The notes beneath the pieces were generated by a model, which saw only the letters and a program-made list of their open reading frames with translations, was not told the origin of the DNA and searched no databases. The position numbers and the translations under genes were made by a program. This document shows, piece by piece, positions 1 through 11,260 of a stretch of 64,000 nt of DNA. How positions within the stretch are numbered: the first letter of the stretch is position 1; every line of letters begins with the position of its first letter. This DNA comes from Scyliorhinus canicula (taxonomy: Eukaryota), in NCBI RefSeq assembly GCF_902713615.1, contig NC_052163.1:84493721-84557720 (forward strand), given 5' to 3'.

Positions 1-2739
1 ATACGAAATAAGGTTGGGGAACTGGCAGCATGGGTTGGTACCTGGGACTTTGATGTTGTGGCCATTTCAGAGACATGGACAGAGCAGGGACAGGAATGGT
101 TGTTGCAGGTTCCGGGGTTTAGGTGTTTTAGTAAGTTCAGAGAAGGGGGCAAAAGAGGGGGAGGTGTGGCGCTGCTAGTCAAGGACAGTATTACGGTGGC
201 GGAAAGGTTGCTAGATGGGGTCTCTTCTTCCGAGGTAGTATGGGCTGAGGCTAGAAACAGGAAAGGAGAGGTCACCCTGTTGGGAGTTTTCTATAGGCCA
301 CCTAATAGTTCTAGGGATGTAGAGGAAAGGATGGCGAAGATGATTCTGGAAAAGAGCAAAAGTAACAGGGTAGTTGTTATGGGAGACTTTAACTTTCCAA
401 ATATTGACTGGAAAAGATATAGTTCGAGTACATTAGATGGGTCGTTCTTTGTACAATGTGTGCAGGAGGGTTTCCTGACACAATATGTGGACAGGCCAAC
501 AAGAGGCGAGGCCACATTGGATTTGGTTTTGGGTAATGAACCAGGCCAGGTGTTAGATCTGGAGGTAGGTGAGCACTTTGGAAACAGTGACCACAATTCG
601 GTGACCTTTACGTTAGTGATGGAAAGGGATAAGTATACCCCGCAGGGCAAGAGTTATAGCTGGGGGAAGGGCAATTATGATGCCATTAGACATGACTTAG
701 GATGTGTTGGTTGGAGAAGTAGGCTGCAAGGGTTGGGCACACTGGATATGTGGAGCTTGTTCAAGGAACAGCTATTGCATGTTCTTGATAAGTACGTACC
801 AGTCAGGCAGGGAGGAAGGGGTCGAGCGAGGGAACCGTGGTTTACCAAAGAAGTGGAATCTCTTGTTAAGAGGAAGAAGGAGGCCTATGTAAAGATGAGG
901 CGTGAAGTTTCAGTTGGGGCGCTTGATATTTACAAGGAAGCGAGGAAGGATCTAAAGAGAGAGCTGAGACGAGCAAGGAGGGGACATGAGAAGTCTTTGG
1001 CAGGTAGGATCAAGGAAAACACAAAAGCTTTCTATAGGTATGTCAGGAATAAAAGAATGACTAGGGTAAGAGTAGGGCCAGTCAAGGACAGTGGTGGGAA
1101 GTTGTGTGTGGAGGCTGAGGAGATAAGCGAGATACTAAATGAATACTTTTCGTCAGTATTCACTCAAGAAAAAGATAATATTGTGGAGGAGAATGCTGAG
1201 ACCCAGGCTATTAGAATAGATGGCATTGAGGTGCGTAGGGAAGAAGTGTTGGCAATTCTGGACAAGGTGAAAATAGATAAGTCCCCGGGGCCGGATGGGA
1301 TTTATCCTAGGATTCTCTGGGAAGCCAGGGAAGAGATTGCTGAGCCTTTGGCTTTGATTTTGATGTCATCATTGGCTACAGGAATAGTGCCAGAGGACTG
1401 GAGGATAGCAAATGTGGTCCCTTTGTTCAAGAAGGGGAGTAGAGATAACCCCGGTAACTATAGGCCGGTGAGCCTAACGTCTGTGGTGGGTAAAGTCTTG
1501 GAGAGGATTATAAAAGATACGATTTATAATCATCTAGATAGGAATAATATGATTAGGGACAGTCAGCATGGTTTTGTGAAGGGTATGTCATGCCTCACAA
1601 ACCTTATCGAGTTCTTTGAGAAGGTGACTGAACAGGTAGACGAGGGTAGAGCAGTTGATGTGGTGTATATGGATTTCAGTAAAGCGTTTGATAAGGTTCC
1701 CCACGGTCGTCTATTGCAGAAAATACGGAGGCTGGGGATTGAGGGTGATTTAGAGATGTGGATCAGAAATTGGCTAGTTGAAAGAAGACAGAGAGTGGTA
1801 GTTGATGGGAAATGTTCAGAATGGAGTTCAGTTACGAGTGGCGTACCACAAGGATCTGTTCTGGGGCCGTTGCTGTTTGTCATTTTTATAAATGACCTAG
1901 AGGAGGGCGCAGAAGGATGGGTGAGTAAATTTGCAGACGACACTAAAGTCGGTGGAGTTGTAAACAGTGCGGAAGGATGTTGCAGGTTACAGAGGGACAT
2001 AGATAAGCTGCAGAGCTGGGCTGAGAGGTGGCAAATGGAGTTTAATGTGGAGAAGTGTGAGGTGATTCACTTTGGAAAGAATAACAGAAATGCGGAATAT
2101 TTGGCTAATGGTAAAATTCTTGGTAGTGTGGATGAGCAGAGGGATCTCGGTGTCCATGTACATAGATCCCTGAAAGTTGCCACCCAGGTTGATAGGGTTG
2201 TGAAGAAGGCCTATGGTGTGTTGGCCTTTATTGGTAGAGGGATTGAGTTCCGGAGCCATGAGGTCATGTTGCAGTTGTACAAAACTCTAGTACGGCCGCA
2301 TTTGGAGTATTGCGTACAGTTCTGGTCGCCTCATTATAGGAAGGACGTGGAATCTTTGGAACGGGTGCAGAGGAGATTTACCAGGATGTTGCCTGGTATG
2401 GAGGGAAAATCTTATGAGGAAAGGCTGATGGACTTGAGGTTGTTTTCGTTAGAGAGAAGAAGGTTAAGAGGTGACTTAATAGAGGCATACAAAATGATCA
2501 GAGGGTTAGATAGGGTGGACAGCGAGAGCCTTCTCCCGCGGATGGAGGTGGCTAGCACGAGGGGACATAGCCTTAAATTGAGGGGTAATAGATATAGGAC
2601 AGAGGTCAGAGGTGGGTTTTTTACGCAAAGACTGGTGAGGCCGTGGAATGCCCTACCTGCAACAGTAGTGAACTCGCCAACATTGAGGGCATTTAAAAAT
2701 TTATTGGATAAGCATATGGATGATAAGGGCATAGTGTAG
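1..2739 (+). CDS. CR1-clade LINE ORF2 (APE endonuclease + reverse transcriptase), open through the whole visible part
   Basis: Frame is open from base 1 (IRNKVGELAAW...VVAISETW) to TAG at 2739. APE motifs (GVFYRPP, MGDFN, LDLVL, SDHN); RT motifs (YRPVSLTS, DFSKAFD, GVPQGSVLGP, FADD). Confidence 0.95.
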   Translation: MRNKVGELAAWVGTWDFDVVAISETWTEQGQEWLLQVPGFRCFSKFREGGKRGGGVALLVKDSITVAERLLDGVSSSEVVWAEARNRKGEVTLLGVFYRPPNSSRDVEERMAKMILEKSKSNRVVVMGDFNFPNIDWKRYSSSTLDGSFFVQCVQEGFLTQYVDRPTRGEATLDLVLGNEPGQVLDLEVGEHFGNSDHNSVTFTLVMERDKYTPQGKSYSWGKGNYDAIRHDLGCVGWRSRLQGLGTLDMWSLFKEQLLHVLDKYVPVRQGGRGRAREPWFTKEVESLVKRKKEAYVKMRREVSVGALDIYKEARKDLKRELRRARRGHEKSLAGRIKENTKAFYRYVRNKRMTRVRVGPVKDSGGKLCVEAEEISEILNEYFSSVFTQEKDNIVEENAETQAIRIDGIEVRREEVLAILDKVKIDKSPGPDGIYPRILWEAREEIAEPLALILMSSLATGIVPEDWRIANVVPLFKKGSRDNPGNYRPVSLTSVVGKVLERIIKDTIYNHLDRNNMIRDSQHGFVKGMSCLTNLIEFFEKVTEQVDEGRAVDVVYMDFSKAFDKVPHGRLLQKIRRLGIEGDLEMWIRNWLVERRQRVVVDGKCSEWSSVTSGVPQGSVLGPLLFVIFINDLEEGAEGWVSKFADDTKVGGVVNSAEGCCRLQRDIDKLQSWAERWQMEFNVEKCEVIHFGKNNRNAEYLANGKILGSVDEQRDLGVHVHRSLKVATQVDRVVKKAYGVLAFIGRGIEFRSHEVMLQLYKTLVRPHLEYCVQFWSPHYRKDVESLERVQRRFTRMLPGMEGKSYEERLMDLRLFSLERRRLRGDLIEAYKMIRGLDRVDSESLLPRMEVASTRGHSLKLRGNRYRTEVRGGFFTQRLVRPWNALPATVVNSPTLRAFKNLLDKHMDDKGIV

Positions 2740-2826
2740 GTTAGATGGCCTTTAGATTTTTTCCATGTCGGTGCAACATCGAGGGCCGAAGGGCCTGTAC
2801 TGCGCTGTATCGTTCTATGTTCTATG
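1..2826 (+). mobile_element. CR1/HER1-like LINE including its 3' UTR, inserted in an L1 ORF1
   Basis: ORF2 is followed by the tail gcaacatcgagggccgaagggcctgtactgcgctgtatcgttctatgttctatg; L1 ORF1 sequence follows immediately. Confidence 0.9.
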
Positions 2827-4090
2827 CACCTTGTTAATGTACAGTGCCCTCTTCACCCGGTTGAAAGTAGCCCGCCTCCTCATAAGCTCCACCGTAAAGT
2901 CCTGGTACACACGTATACCAGCTCCAGCCCACTGCGCCACCCGCTTCTGCTTGGCCCAGCACAGGACCTTCTCTTTCATACTGTATCTACAGAAGCACAG
3001 AGTCACTACCCTTGGCAGCTCACTCGCCTTTGGTACAGGCCTCCACGCCCGATGAGCCCGATCCAGTTCATATCGGGAGGGATCCTCCCCTCCCCCAATA
3101 GTTCCGCCAGCATCGCAGCAAAATACTCAGTCAGTCTCGGCCCTTCAAATCCTTCGGGCAGCCCCACAATCCTCAAATTCTGTCGCCTGGACCTGTTTTC
3201 CAGGTCTTCCATTTTCCCTCGCAGATCCTTGTTCACCTCCACACCTTCCGCATCTCCTTCTCCATCGACGTAAGTTGATCACCGTGCTGCAATAATGTCT
3301 CCTCCACTTCCTTCAGCGCCTCCCCTTGCTCCTGCACCTCCGCCACTGCAATCGCCACCGCCGTCCTCACCGGGGAAATCGCCTCCTCCACCAGCACACT
3401 CAAAACCTCCCTCATCCCCTTCCTCATTGTCTCCATGTAATTTGTAAACTGCCTTTCGAATTCCACAGCCATTACCTTAGTTATTTCTTCAGCCGTAAGC
3501 AATGCGGCCTCCCCTGATGCTCCAGCCTCCATTTTCCTTGGTGACCCTGCGGTGACCTTTCACAGCTGTTTTCTTACTGGACCTCGACATATCCCTTCCC
3601 CGTACTTTCTCCTGGCCTTCACCGCCTTCGCTGCCCCTAGGACCAGGCGTCAATCCCCGACTATGCCGTTCCCGAACGGGAGCCCTCCAACGCGCGGCTG
3701 CTGCCCGCCCGCCGTCACCGGAAGTCAGCCGTCACCGCTTCTTCAATGGCCTTGGTGAGATATTTTCACAGTTGTTCCCTCTGCTACTAGAATTCAGCTT
3801 TCATTATGGCCCTCAACTCAGCTTGAGGCCTTTAAGCTCGCCCTTCCCCCACCTGCATGCTGGAAGAGGCTTTTGTCTCTGCTGTAGCTTCAGCCAAATC
3901 TTTCACTGTTTCTGCGGGTCTGGTAACCAAGAAACATACCATTCCTGGGGGAAAGTACTCCTCCAACATTCACCTACGCCTTTTCATCAAAATTCCTCCC
4001 CGTATTGCTTTAAAAAGAGCTCTTTTCTGTAACCTTGGGCAGGAGCTGCCTTGGGTGTGACCATTTACTCCATGGTGCACACCGGAAGCC
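2827..4090 (-). mobile_element. L1/Tx1-like LINE 5' UTR and degenerate ORF1
   Basis: Minus-strand ORF pieces with coiled-coil and L1 ORF1p motifs (LENRSRRQNLRIVGLPEG; IRVYQDFTVELMRRRATFNRVK), broken by frameshifts and stops. Confidence 0.8.
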
Positions 4091-4394
4091 AATGTGGGCT
4101 TAGATAAGGTGATCTTTCCATGGTGCGGTGGTGATCGGCCAGAGATGTACCACACATGGGTGCTAGAGGAGTTCGGGGAGGCACGGGTACCCTCCCATGG
4201 TTAGTTGGGGCTTTGGAAGATTGGGGGTCGTGTCAGAGCTCTAGAGATTGACACACCATTTTTAAATAGCGTCCCAATTTCACACTACACTGAGTAGTTC
4301 AGGCGAGCGGATCTCCCCAGTGCAAAAAACGGTCTATGTAAGGTCTTGGCCGCATGTTCCCCACTAAGGCCCCCTATCCCATCCGAGTGCTGTT

Positions 4395-4520
4395 CAATTG
4401 TTAGGTGGGGTTACTGGGTTCTAGGAATAGGGTAGGGATGTGGGCTTAGATAAGGTGATCTTTCCACGGGCCGGTGGGCCAATTAGCCTCCTTCTGCATT
4501 GTAAATCTATGATTCTATGT
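4395..4520 (+). mobile_element. 3' part of a tRNA-derived shark SINE
   Basis: gttaggtggggttactgggt...ggcctccttctgcattgtaaatctatgattctatg matches the tail of the SINEs at 14611 and 57980. Confidence 0.6.
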
Positions 4521-4689
4521 ATAGTATTGTGTTTCTCGGTGCTGCAAGCGCTGGGAAACACGTGGCTAAACATGCTCGCTATGTAACCTTGTTCCCAATT
4601 AGTTAAATCCCGCCTAAGCTTGCAGTTCCACAACATCCAGTCATCAATGGTGGCTGACAATTAAACAACTACTTAGAGGAGAAGTCTCC

Positions 4690-5107
4690 ACAAATATCCT
4701 CATCCTCAATATGGGGAAGCCCAGCACATTAATGAAAAAGACAACGGTGAAACATTTCGATCATCTTCAGCCAGACATGCCGAGTGGATGATCCATCTCG
4801 GTCTCCTCCGAAGATCACCAGCATCACAGATGTCAGTCTTCAGCTAATACGATTCAGTCCACATGATAGGAAGAAACAGCTGAAGGAACTGGATGCTGCA
4901 AAGGGGGCCCTGAGAATATCGTACAATCGTACTGACGACTTGTAATCAAACGCTAACTGCGGCCCCAGCCAAGCTGTTCCAGTACAGCTACACCAGCATC
5001 TACCCGGCAATGTGGAAAATTGCCCAGGTACGTCCTGTCGACAAAAAGCAGGACAAATCCAACCCAGCCAATTATCAATTTTTCAGTCTATTCACATCAG
5101 CAAAGTG
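4690..5107 (+). mobile_element. Degenerate CR1/L2-group LINE RT fragment, 5' piece (continues after the Gypsy element at 10464)
   Basis: Translates to WKIAQVRPVDKKQDKSNPANY-like RT N-terminal motifs. Confidence 0.65.
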
Positions 5108-5263
5108 AGGAGTATAAATATGCGTGTCCTCCATTCATCTCCCATTTCGCCAGCTGCAGCAGGAGGCCACACATCTGACTGCAATAAAGCCACAGTTGTA
5201 CCCAACCTTAGTCGTTGTGCAATTGTTCGTGCATCAATTTATTGCAATCAGATTTTCAACAAG

Positions 5264-8200
5264 ATGGATATCCGAATTAAACCAGATCGCCTGCAGCTGG
5301 ATCCGCACTCGCCCAACGCCAGAAAAGACTTTAATCACTGGCTAGCTTGCTTCGAGGCTTACATCAACTCAGCGACCCCCACGCCAATGGAGGCTCAGAA
5401 GATACAGGTCCTGTACTCTAGGTTGAGCTCAAGCGTGTTCCCGCTGACCCAGGATGCCCCAACTTACGCGGAAGCCATGTCACTCCTCAAAGAAACTATG
5501 CACAGAAAGCGAACACGGTCTTCACCGGGCACGTACTCGCCACTCGCTCTCAACTCCCTGGTGAGTCCATCGAAGACTTCTGGCGGGCCCTAATCCCACT
5601 TGTCCGGGACTGTGACTGTCAGATCATTACGGCCACCGATCATGCTAATCTCCTCATGCGCGACGCGTTCGTAACGGGGATTGGGTCAGACCTCATCCGA
5701 CAACGACTGCTGGAAGGGACCACCTAGCAGAGACAAAAACCTTACCACTCTCCATGACGGCCGCCTCCTGTAATGTTCAGCCCTACCCCTCACGCCGCGC
5801 GGCCCACCCCTCCTATCCCTCCTGGACCCCGCAAACAACCCCCCCAGCTGGGTCCCTGCCTAACCAATATGCCTGCGGCACATGCCAATCCGCGCACCCC
5901 GGTGGTCCCCGCTGCTACTTCTGCGGCCAGCAGAAGCACCACCGCCAATGCTGCCCAGCCCGCGCCGCCACTTGCAAGTCTTGTAACAAAAAGGGCCAGT
6001 TCGCCGCAGTGTGCCAGGCCCGCAAAGTCACCGCTATCGCCCCCTCCCCCCTGACAAAGCACAATGGGCACCGCCACCTTCACCTCCCGGGGCCACGTGC
6101 GGCCAGTGGCCGCCGCCATCTCCTTCCCCTCAGTCCACGTGCGGCCCATGGGCGCCGCCATATTGTCCAGCTCCGCTAATGTGCGGCCCACGGGCGCCGC
6201 CATCTTGTCCTGCCCCCGCAATGTGCGCCCGATGGGCGCCGCTATTTTGTTCCCCGTAGGACCTCCGGACGCCGCCATCTTGTCTTCCCTACGGGGCAGG
6301 AACGCCAACGACATCCCTCGACCTGGACCCCAAACGCTCTCCGTCTGAAATCTCTGACGATCACCCGCAGCTCGCCTCGATGACGGTTGACCAGTCTCGT
6401 CCACACAACCTGGCCACCGCTTCGACAACGGTGATAATCAACGGCCACTGGACCTTTTGCCTGCCGGACTCCGGGAGCACTGAAAGCTTCATACACCCGG
6501 ATACGGTAAGGCGCTGCTCCCTCGCGGTCCACCCCGCCAATCAAAGGATCTCCCTGGCCTCCGGATCCCATTCTGTCCCGATCCGAGGGTTCTGCCCAGT
6601 CACTCTCACAGTCCAGGGCTTAGAATTCAGCGGTTTCCGTCTCTACGTCCTTCCGAACCTCTGCGCTGCACTATTGCTGGGCTTGGATTTTCAGTGCAAT
6701 CTCCAGAGCCTCACCCTCAAATTCGGCGGGCCCCTACCACCACTCACTGTGTGCGGCCTCGCGACCCTTAAGGTCGACCTCCCCTCCCTCTTCACCAATC
6801 TAACTTCGGATTCCAAACCCGTTGCCACCAGGAGCAGATGGTACAGTGCCCAGGACAAGGCCTTCATCAGGTCCGAGGTCCAGCGGCTGCTTCGGGAGGG
6901 TATCATCGAGGCCAACAACAGCCCCTGGAGAACCCAAGTGGTAGTTCTTAAAACTGGGGAGAAACACAGAATGGTCGTGGACTACAGCCAGACCATCATC
7001 AATCGGTACACGCAGCTCGACGTGTACCCACTCCCACGAATATCTGATATGGTCAATCAGATCGCGCAGTATCGGGTCTTCTCAGCGATTGACCTGAAAT
7101 CCGCCTACCACCAGCTCCCCATCCGTAAATCGGACCATCCATACACTGCCTTCGAGGCGGACGGTCGTCTCTATCACTTTCTTAGGGTTCCCTTTGGCGT
7201 CACTAACGGGATCTCGGTCTTCCAAAGTGAGATGGACCGAATGGTCGACCGGTACGGTTTGCGGGCCACCTTCCCGTACCTAGACAACGATACCATCTTC
7301 GGCCATGATCAGCAGGACCACATTGCCAACCTCGCTAAATTCCTCCGCACCGCCACTCTCCTCAACCTTACTTATAATAAAGAGAAGTGTGTGTTCAGCA
7401 CGACCCGCTTAGCCATCTTCGGCTATGTGGTCCAGAACGGAGATCTGGGGCCCGATCCCAACCGCATGAGCCCCCTCATGGAGTTTCCCCTCCCCCACTG
7501 CCCCAAGACCCTCAAACATTGCCTGGGGTTCTTTTCGTACTACACTCAGTCGGTCCCAAACTATGCGGACAAGGCCCGCCCACTCATACAGTCCACCCAA
7601 TTTCCCCTCACGGCCGAGGTACAACAGGCTTTCGCCCGTATCAGAGCAGACATAGCCAAGGCCGGGATGCACGCAGTAGACGAGACACTGCCCTTCCAAG
7701 TAGAAAGCAACGCTTCAAATGTCACCCTTGCCGCCACCCTCAATCAGGCAGGCAGACCCGTGGCATTCTTTTCCCGCACACTTCATGCCTCTGAAATTCG
7801 GCACTCATCCATCGAAAAAGAGGCCCAGGCTATCGTTGAAGCTTGCGGCATTGGAGGCATTACCTGGCCGGCAGGAGATTCACTCTCCTCACTGACCAAC
7901 GGTCGGTAGCCTTCATGTTCAATAACACACAGCGGGGCAAGATCAAAAACAATAAAATCTTGCGGTGGAGAATCGAGCTCTCCACCTATAATTATGAGAT
8001 TTTGTATCGCCCCAGCAAGCTTAACGAGCCCCCAGACGCCCTCTCCCGAGGTACATGTGCCAGCGCACAAGTAGACCAACTCCGGGCCCTACACGACAGC
8101 CTGTGTCACCCGGGGGTCACACGACTGTACCACATCATCAAGGCTCGCAACCTGCCCTACTCCATCAAGGATGTACGGACAGTCACGAGGGATTTCCAGG

Positions 8201-8940
8201 TCTGTGCAGAGTGCAAGCCGCACTTCTACCGGCCAGGCCGTGCGCGCCTGGTGAAGGCCTCCCGCCCCTTTGAGCGCCTCAGCATTGATTTCAAAGGGCC
8301 CCTCCCCTCCACCGACCGCAACATGTATATTCTCATGAGTACTCCAGGTTCCCCTTCGCCATCCCATGCCCCGATATGGCGTCTGCCACCGTCATCAAAG
8401 ACCTCAACACAATCTTTGCTCTGTTCGGCTTCCCCGCCTACATCCACAGTGACAGGGGATCCTCATTCATGAGTGATGAGCTGCGTCAGTTCCTGCTCAG
8501 CAGGGGTATCGCCTCCAGCAGGACGACTAGCTACAACCCCCGGGCAAACGGGCAGGTAGAGAGGGAGAATGGGACGGTTTGGAGGGCCGTCCAGTTGGCC
8601 CTATGGTCCAGAAACCTCCCAGCCTCCCGCTGGCAGGAGGTCCTCCCTGATGCACTACACTCCATCCGGTCACTACTGTGCACCACTATGAATAACACAC
8701 CCCATTAACGTCTTTTTACCTTCCCCAGGAGGTCCAGATCCGGGGTGTCACTCCCAACTTGGCTCGCAGCTCTAGGACTGGTCCTGCTCCGTAGGCACAT
8801 CCGACTCCACAAGGCGGACCCATTGGTGGACAGGATACACTTGCTCCACGTCAACCCACAGTATGCCTACGTGGAGTTCCCCGACGGCCGCCAAGATACT
8901 GTCCCCCTCAGGGACCTCGCACTGTCAGGTTCCAACCAAT
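5264..8940 (+). pseudogene. gag-pol of Gypsy element A, frameshifted
   Basis: ORF-track pieces 5012-5593, 5754-6179, 6380-7909, 7843-8472, 8376-8708 and 8745- give gag, PR-RT-RH and IN in order. Confidence 0.88.
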
Positions 8941-8981
8941 CACACTTCCTGCCCAGGCGCCATCCTCCCCTCCCCCGGCGC

Positions 8982-9892
8982 TGTAGCCACCTGGTTTGGC
9001 CATTTCCTCACACAAAATGGAAGAATGCAAAGGTTACAGGGAAAAATGGACATTGGCAAAGAAACAAGCAGTTTGCAGAATCCCATGTATTCTAGCTGCT
9101 ACAGAAACCAGACAGAATTGTAACTAACGAGCTGCGCATATTAAGTGAGCGATTCACGGTGATTCCCAGGCACAATGGACACAACAGTTAACTGCAATTG
9201 AAACATTCTATGGAAGGTCAGACATCCCGCCGCCAGTGGAGTCTGAGACAAAGGATACCAATATGATGGAAGGAACCGCCCGGTGATCAAGGAACAGCCC
9301 CGTTATTGGGGAAATTCAAATCAATCGATTGGGAAGAGACCCAATCAATTGCAGGTTTATAGAGGGTCCGCCCAGAAGGGCGTGAAGCCCCTGGGACCTA
9401 TAAAAGTCAGGTCCCAGGACTGATTCTTTCTTCTTGACCAGCCGGCCCTCCCAGCAGAACACCTTTGCAGCAGAAAACCTTGAGAAGGAGAGGCCTGGTC
9501 AGCAGCCGCCATCAAGTAAGTGTCATACAACGCACGCTATGAGAGTAGACACTCCTGACCCCTTTAGTCCACACCAACTGGAAGCCTGCGGATCCAGGAC
9601 AAAGCAAAGAGGCCATTGTTCCCTGATCCGGCAGTTCTCTTATTTCAGATACGTATTGGCCTGTTAGTGGTAGGAATAGCCTAGTCTTTTAGTTTTATAT
9701 GCATAAGTAGTAGATAACTGTATTATAATAAACGTGTCTTGTTTGAACTTACTAACTGGTGTATTGAGTTATTGATCTGAACATGAACTTGAATCTTGTG
9801 GCGATATCATAACGATACCTGACGACTCTAGAACTAAGGAATAAAACAGAGCCAAATTGAGTGTAAAGCACACTCACCCAGAATGGGCAACA
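8982..9892 (+). mobile_element. 911-bp solo LTR nested in Gypsy A
   Basis: TGTAG...CAACA termini, exact 4-bp TSD GCGC (8978-8981 / 9893-9896), TATA (ctataaaag) and AATAAA. Confidence 0.85.
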
Positions 9893-10463
9893 GCGCTCCC
9901 AACGTTAACACCACCAGGCCCATCCCTCGTTCCCCTGCCCACGCAAGAGGACGAAGAAGATTTCGGCACGCACCCGGAGTCATCTGACAGCAGGCAGCAC
10001 CAGCACTGACATCGGTGACACCAGCACCGCCAGCACCAACATCGCCGCCACCGTTACGTCGCTCCCAGTGAATCGTCAAAGCACCGGATCGACTAAACCT
10101 CTAACGGGCACTGGACCGTCAAAATGGACATTTTTTTTGTTTCCCTCACTTCTTTTCTAAGACACTGTACATAATTCTCAACACTGTATATAGTTCCACA
10201 CTACCCCCCGCCGGACTAATTTTTAACAGGGGGTGAATGTGGTGAACCGCTGTACACCTGTATTAGGGGATGTAAGGTAGGACCTATATTACATGTTTGC
10301 CGGTAGCCCCTGCCTGCTGACTCCAGCCAGTAGGAGGAGTATAAATATGCGTGTCCTCCATTCATCTGCCATTTCGCCAGCTGCAGCAGGAGGCCATGCA
10401 TCTGACTGCAATAAAGCCATAGTTGTACCCAACCTTAGTCTTTGTGCAATTGATCGTGCATCA

Positions 10464-11260
10464 CTCACTAAATCTCTGTTTGGGTTCCACCAGGGTCACT
10501 CAGTGTCTGATCTCATTATAGCCTTGGTTCAAACATGGACAAAAGACTTGAACTCAAGAGGTGAGTAAGAGTGACTGCCCTTGACATGAAGGCAGCATTT
10601 GACTCTGTGAAGGAGCCTTGGCAAAATTGGAGTCAATGGGAATCAGGGGGGCAAAACTTTCCACTGGTTAAAGTCACATGTCGCACAAAGGAAGATTGCT
10701 GTGGTTGTTGGAGGCTAATCATCCCAGTTCTGGGCATCACTGCAGGAGTTCCTCAGGACAGTGTCCTCGGCCAAACCACCTTCAGCTGCTTCATCAATTA
10801 CCGTCACTCTATCATAAGGTCAGAGGTGAGATTTCTGCCAATTATTGCACAATATTCAGCATCATTCATGACTACTTCGACAGTGAAGCAGTCGATGTCC
10901 ATGTGCAACTAGACATGGACAATATTCAGGTTTGGGTTGATAAGTAACAAGTGCCAGGTAATGGCAATTTCCATCAAAACAGATTGGAACCACCTTCCTG
11001 GATGTTCAACGCCATTACCATTGTTGATCAACATCCTTGGGGAAACTGTTGAGCAGAAATAAAAGTGATGGTTGGGTTAGAAAGCTATTTTCTCTGGCAG
11101 GGGAAATCAAGAAGAGGAGGGCATTATTTGATAATTAGAGTTAGGTTATTCGGGAGAAAAATCAGGAAGCACTTTCCCACACAAAAAGTAATGGAAATCT
11201 GGAAACCCATTCCCCCAAAACCCCTGTGGCTGCAGGGGGTCAATTAGAGCCTTCACGACT
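10464..11260 (+). mobile_element. Degenerate CR1/L2-group LINE RT fragment, 3' piece
   Basis: FGFHQGHS, LDMKAAFD and GVPQDSVLG motifs. Confidence 0.7.

Larger units (their letters stand above)
5104..10463 (+). mobile_element. Gypsy/Ty3 LTR retrotransposon A; 5' LTR truncated (5104-5236), 3' LTR 10238-10463
   Basis: LTR halves align (TATA, AATAAA, end gcatca). PPT ttttaacaggggg before the 3' LTR. gag (MDIRIKPDRLQLDP; CYFC/CKSC zinc knuckles), PR (DSGS), RT (YLDND), RNase H and IN (GHPG/CAEC, DRGS) are present with frameshifts. Confidence 0.93.
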
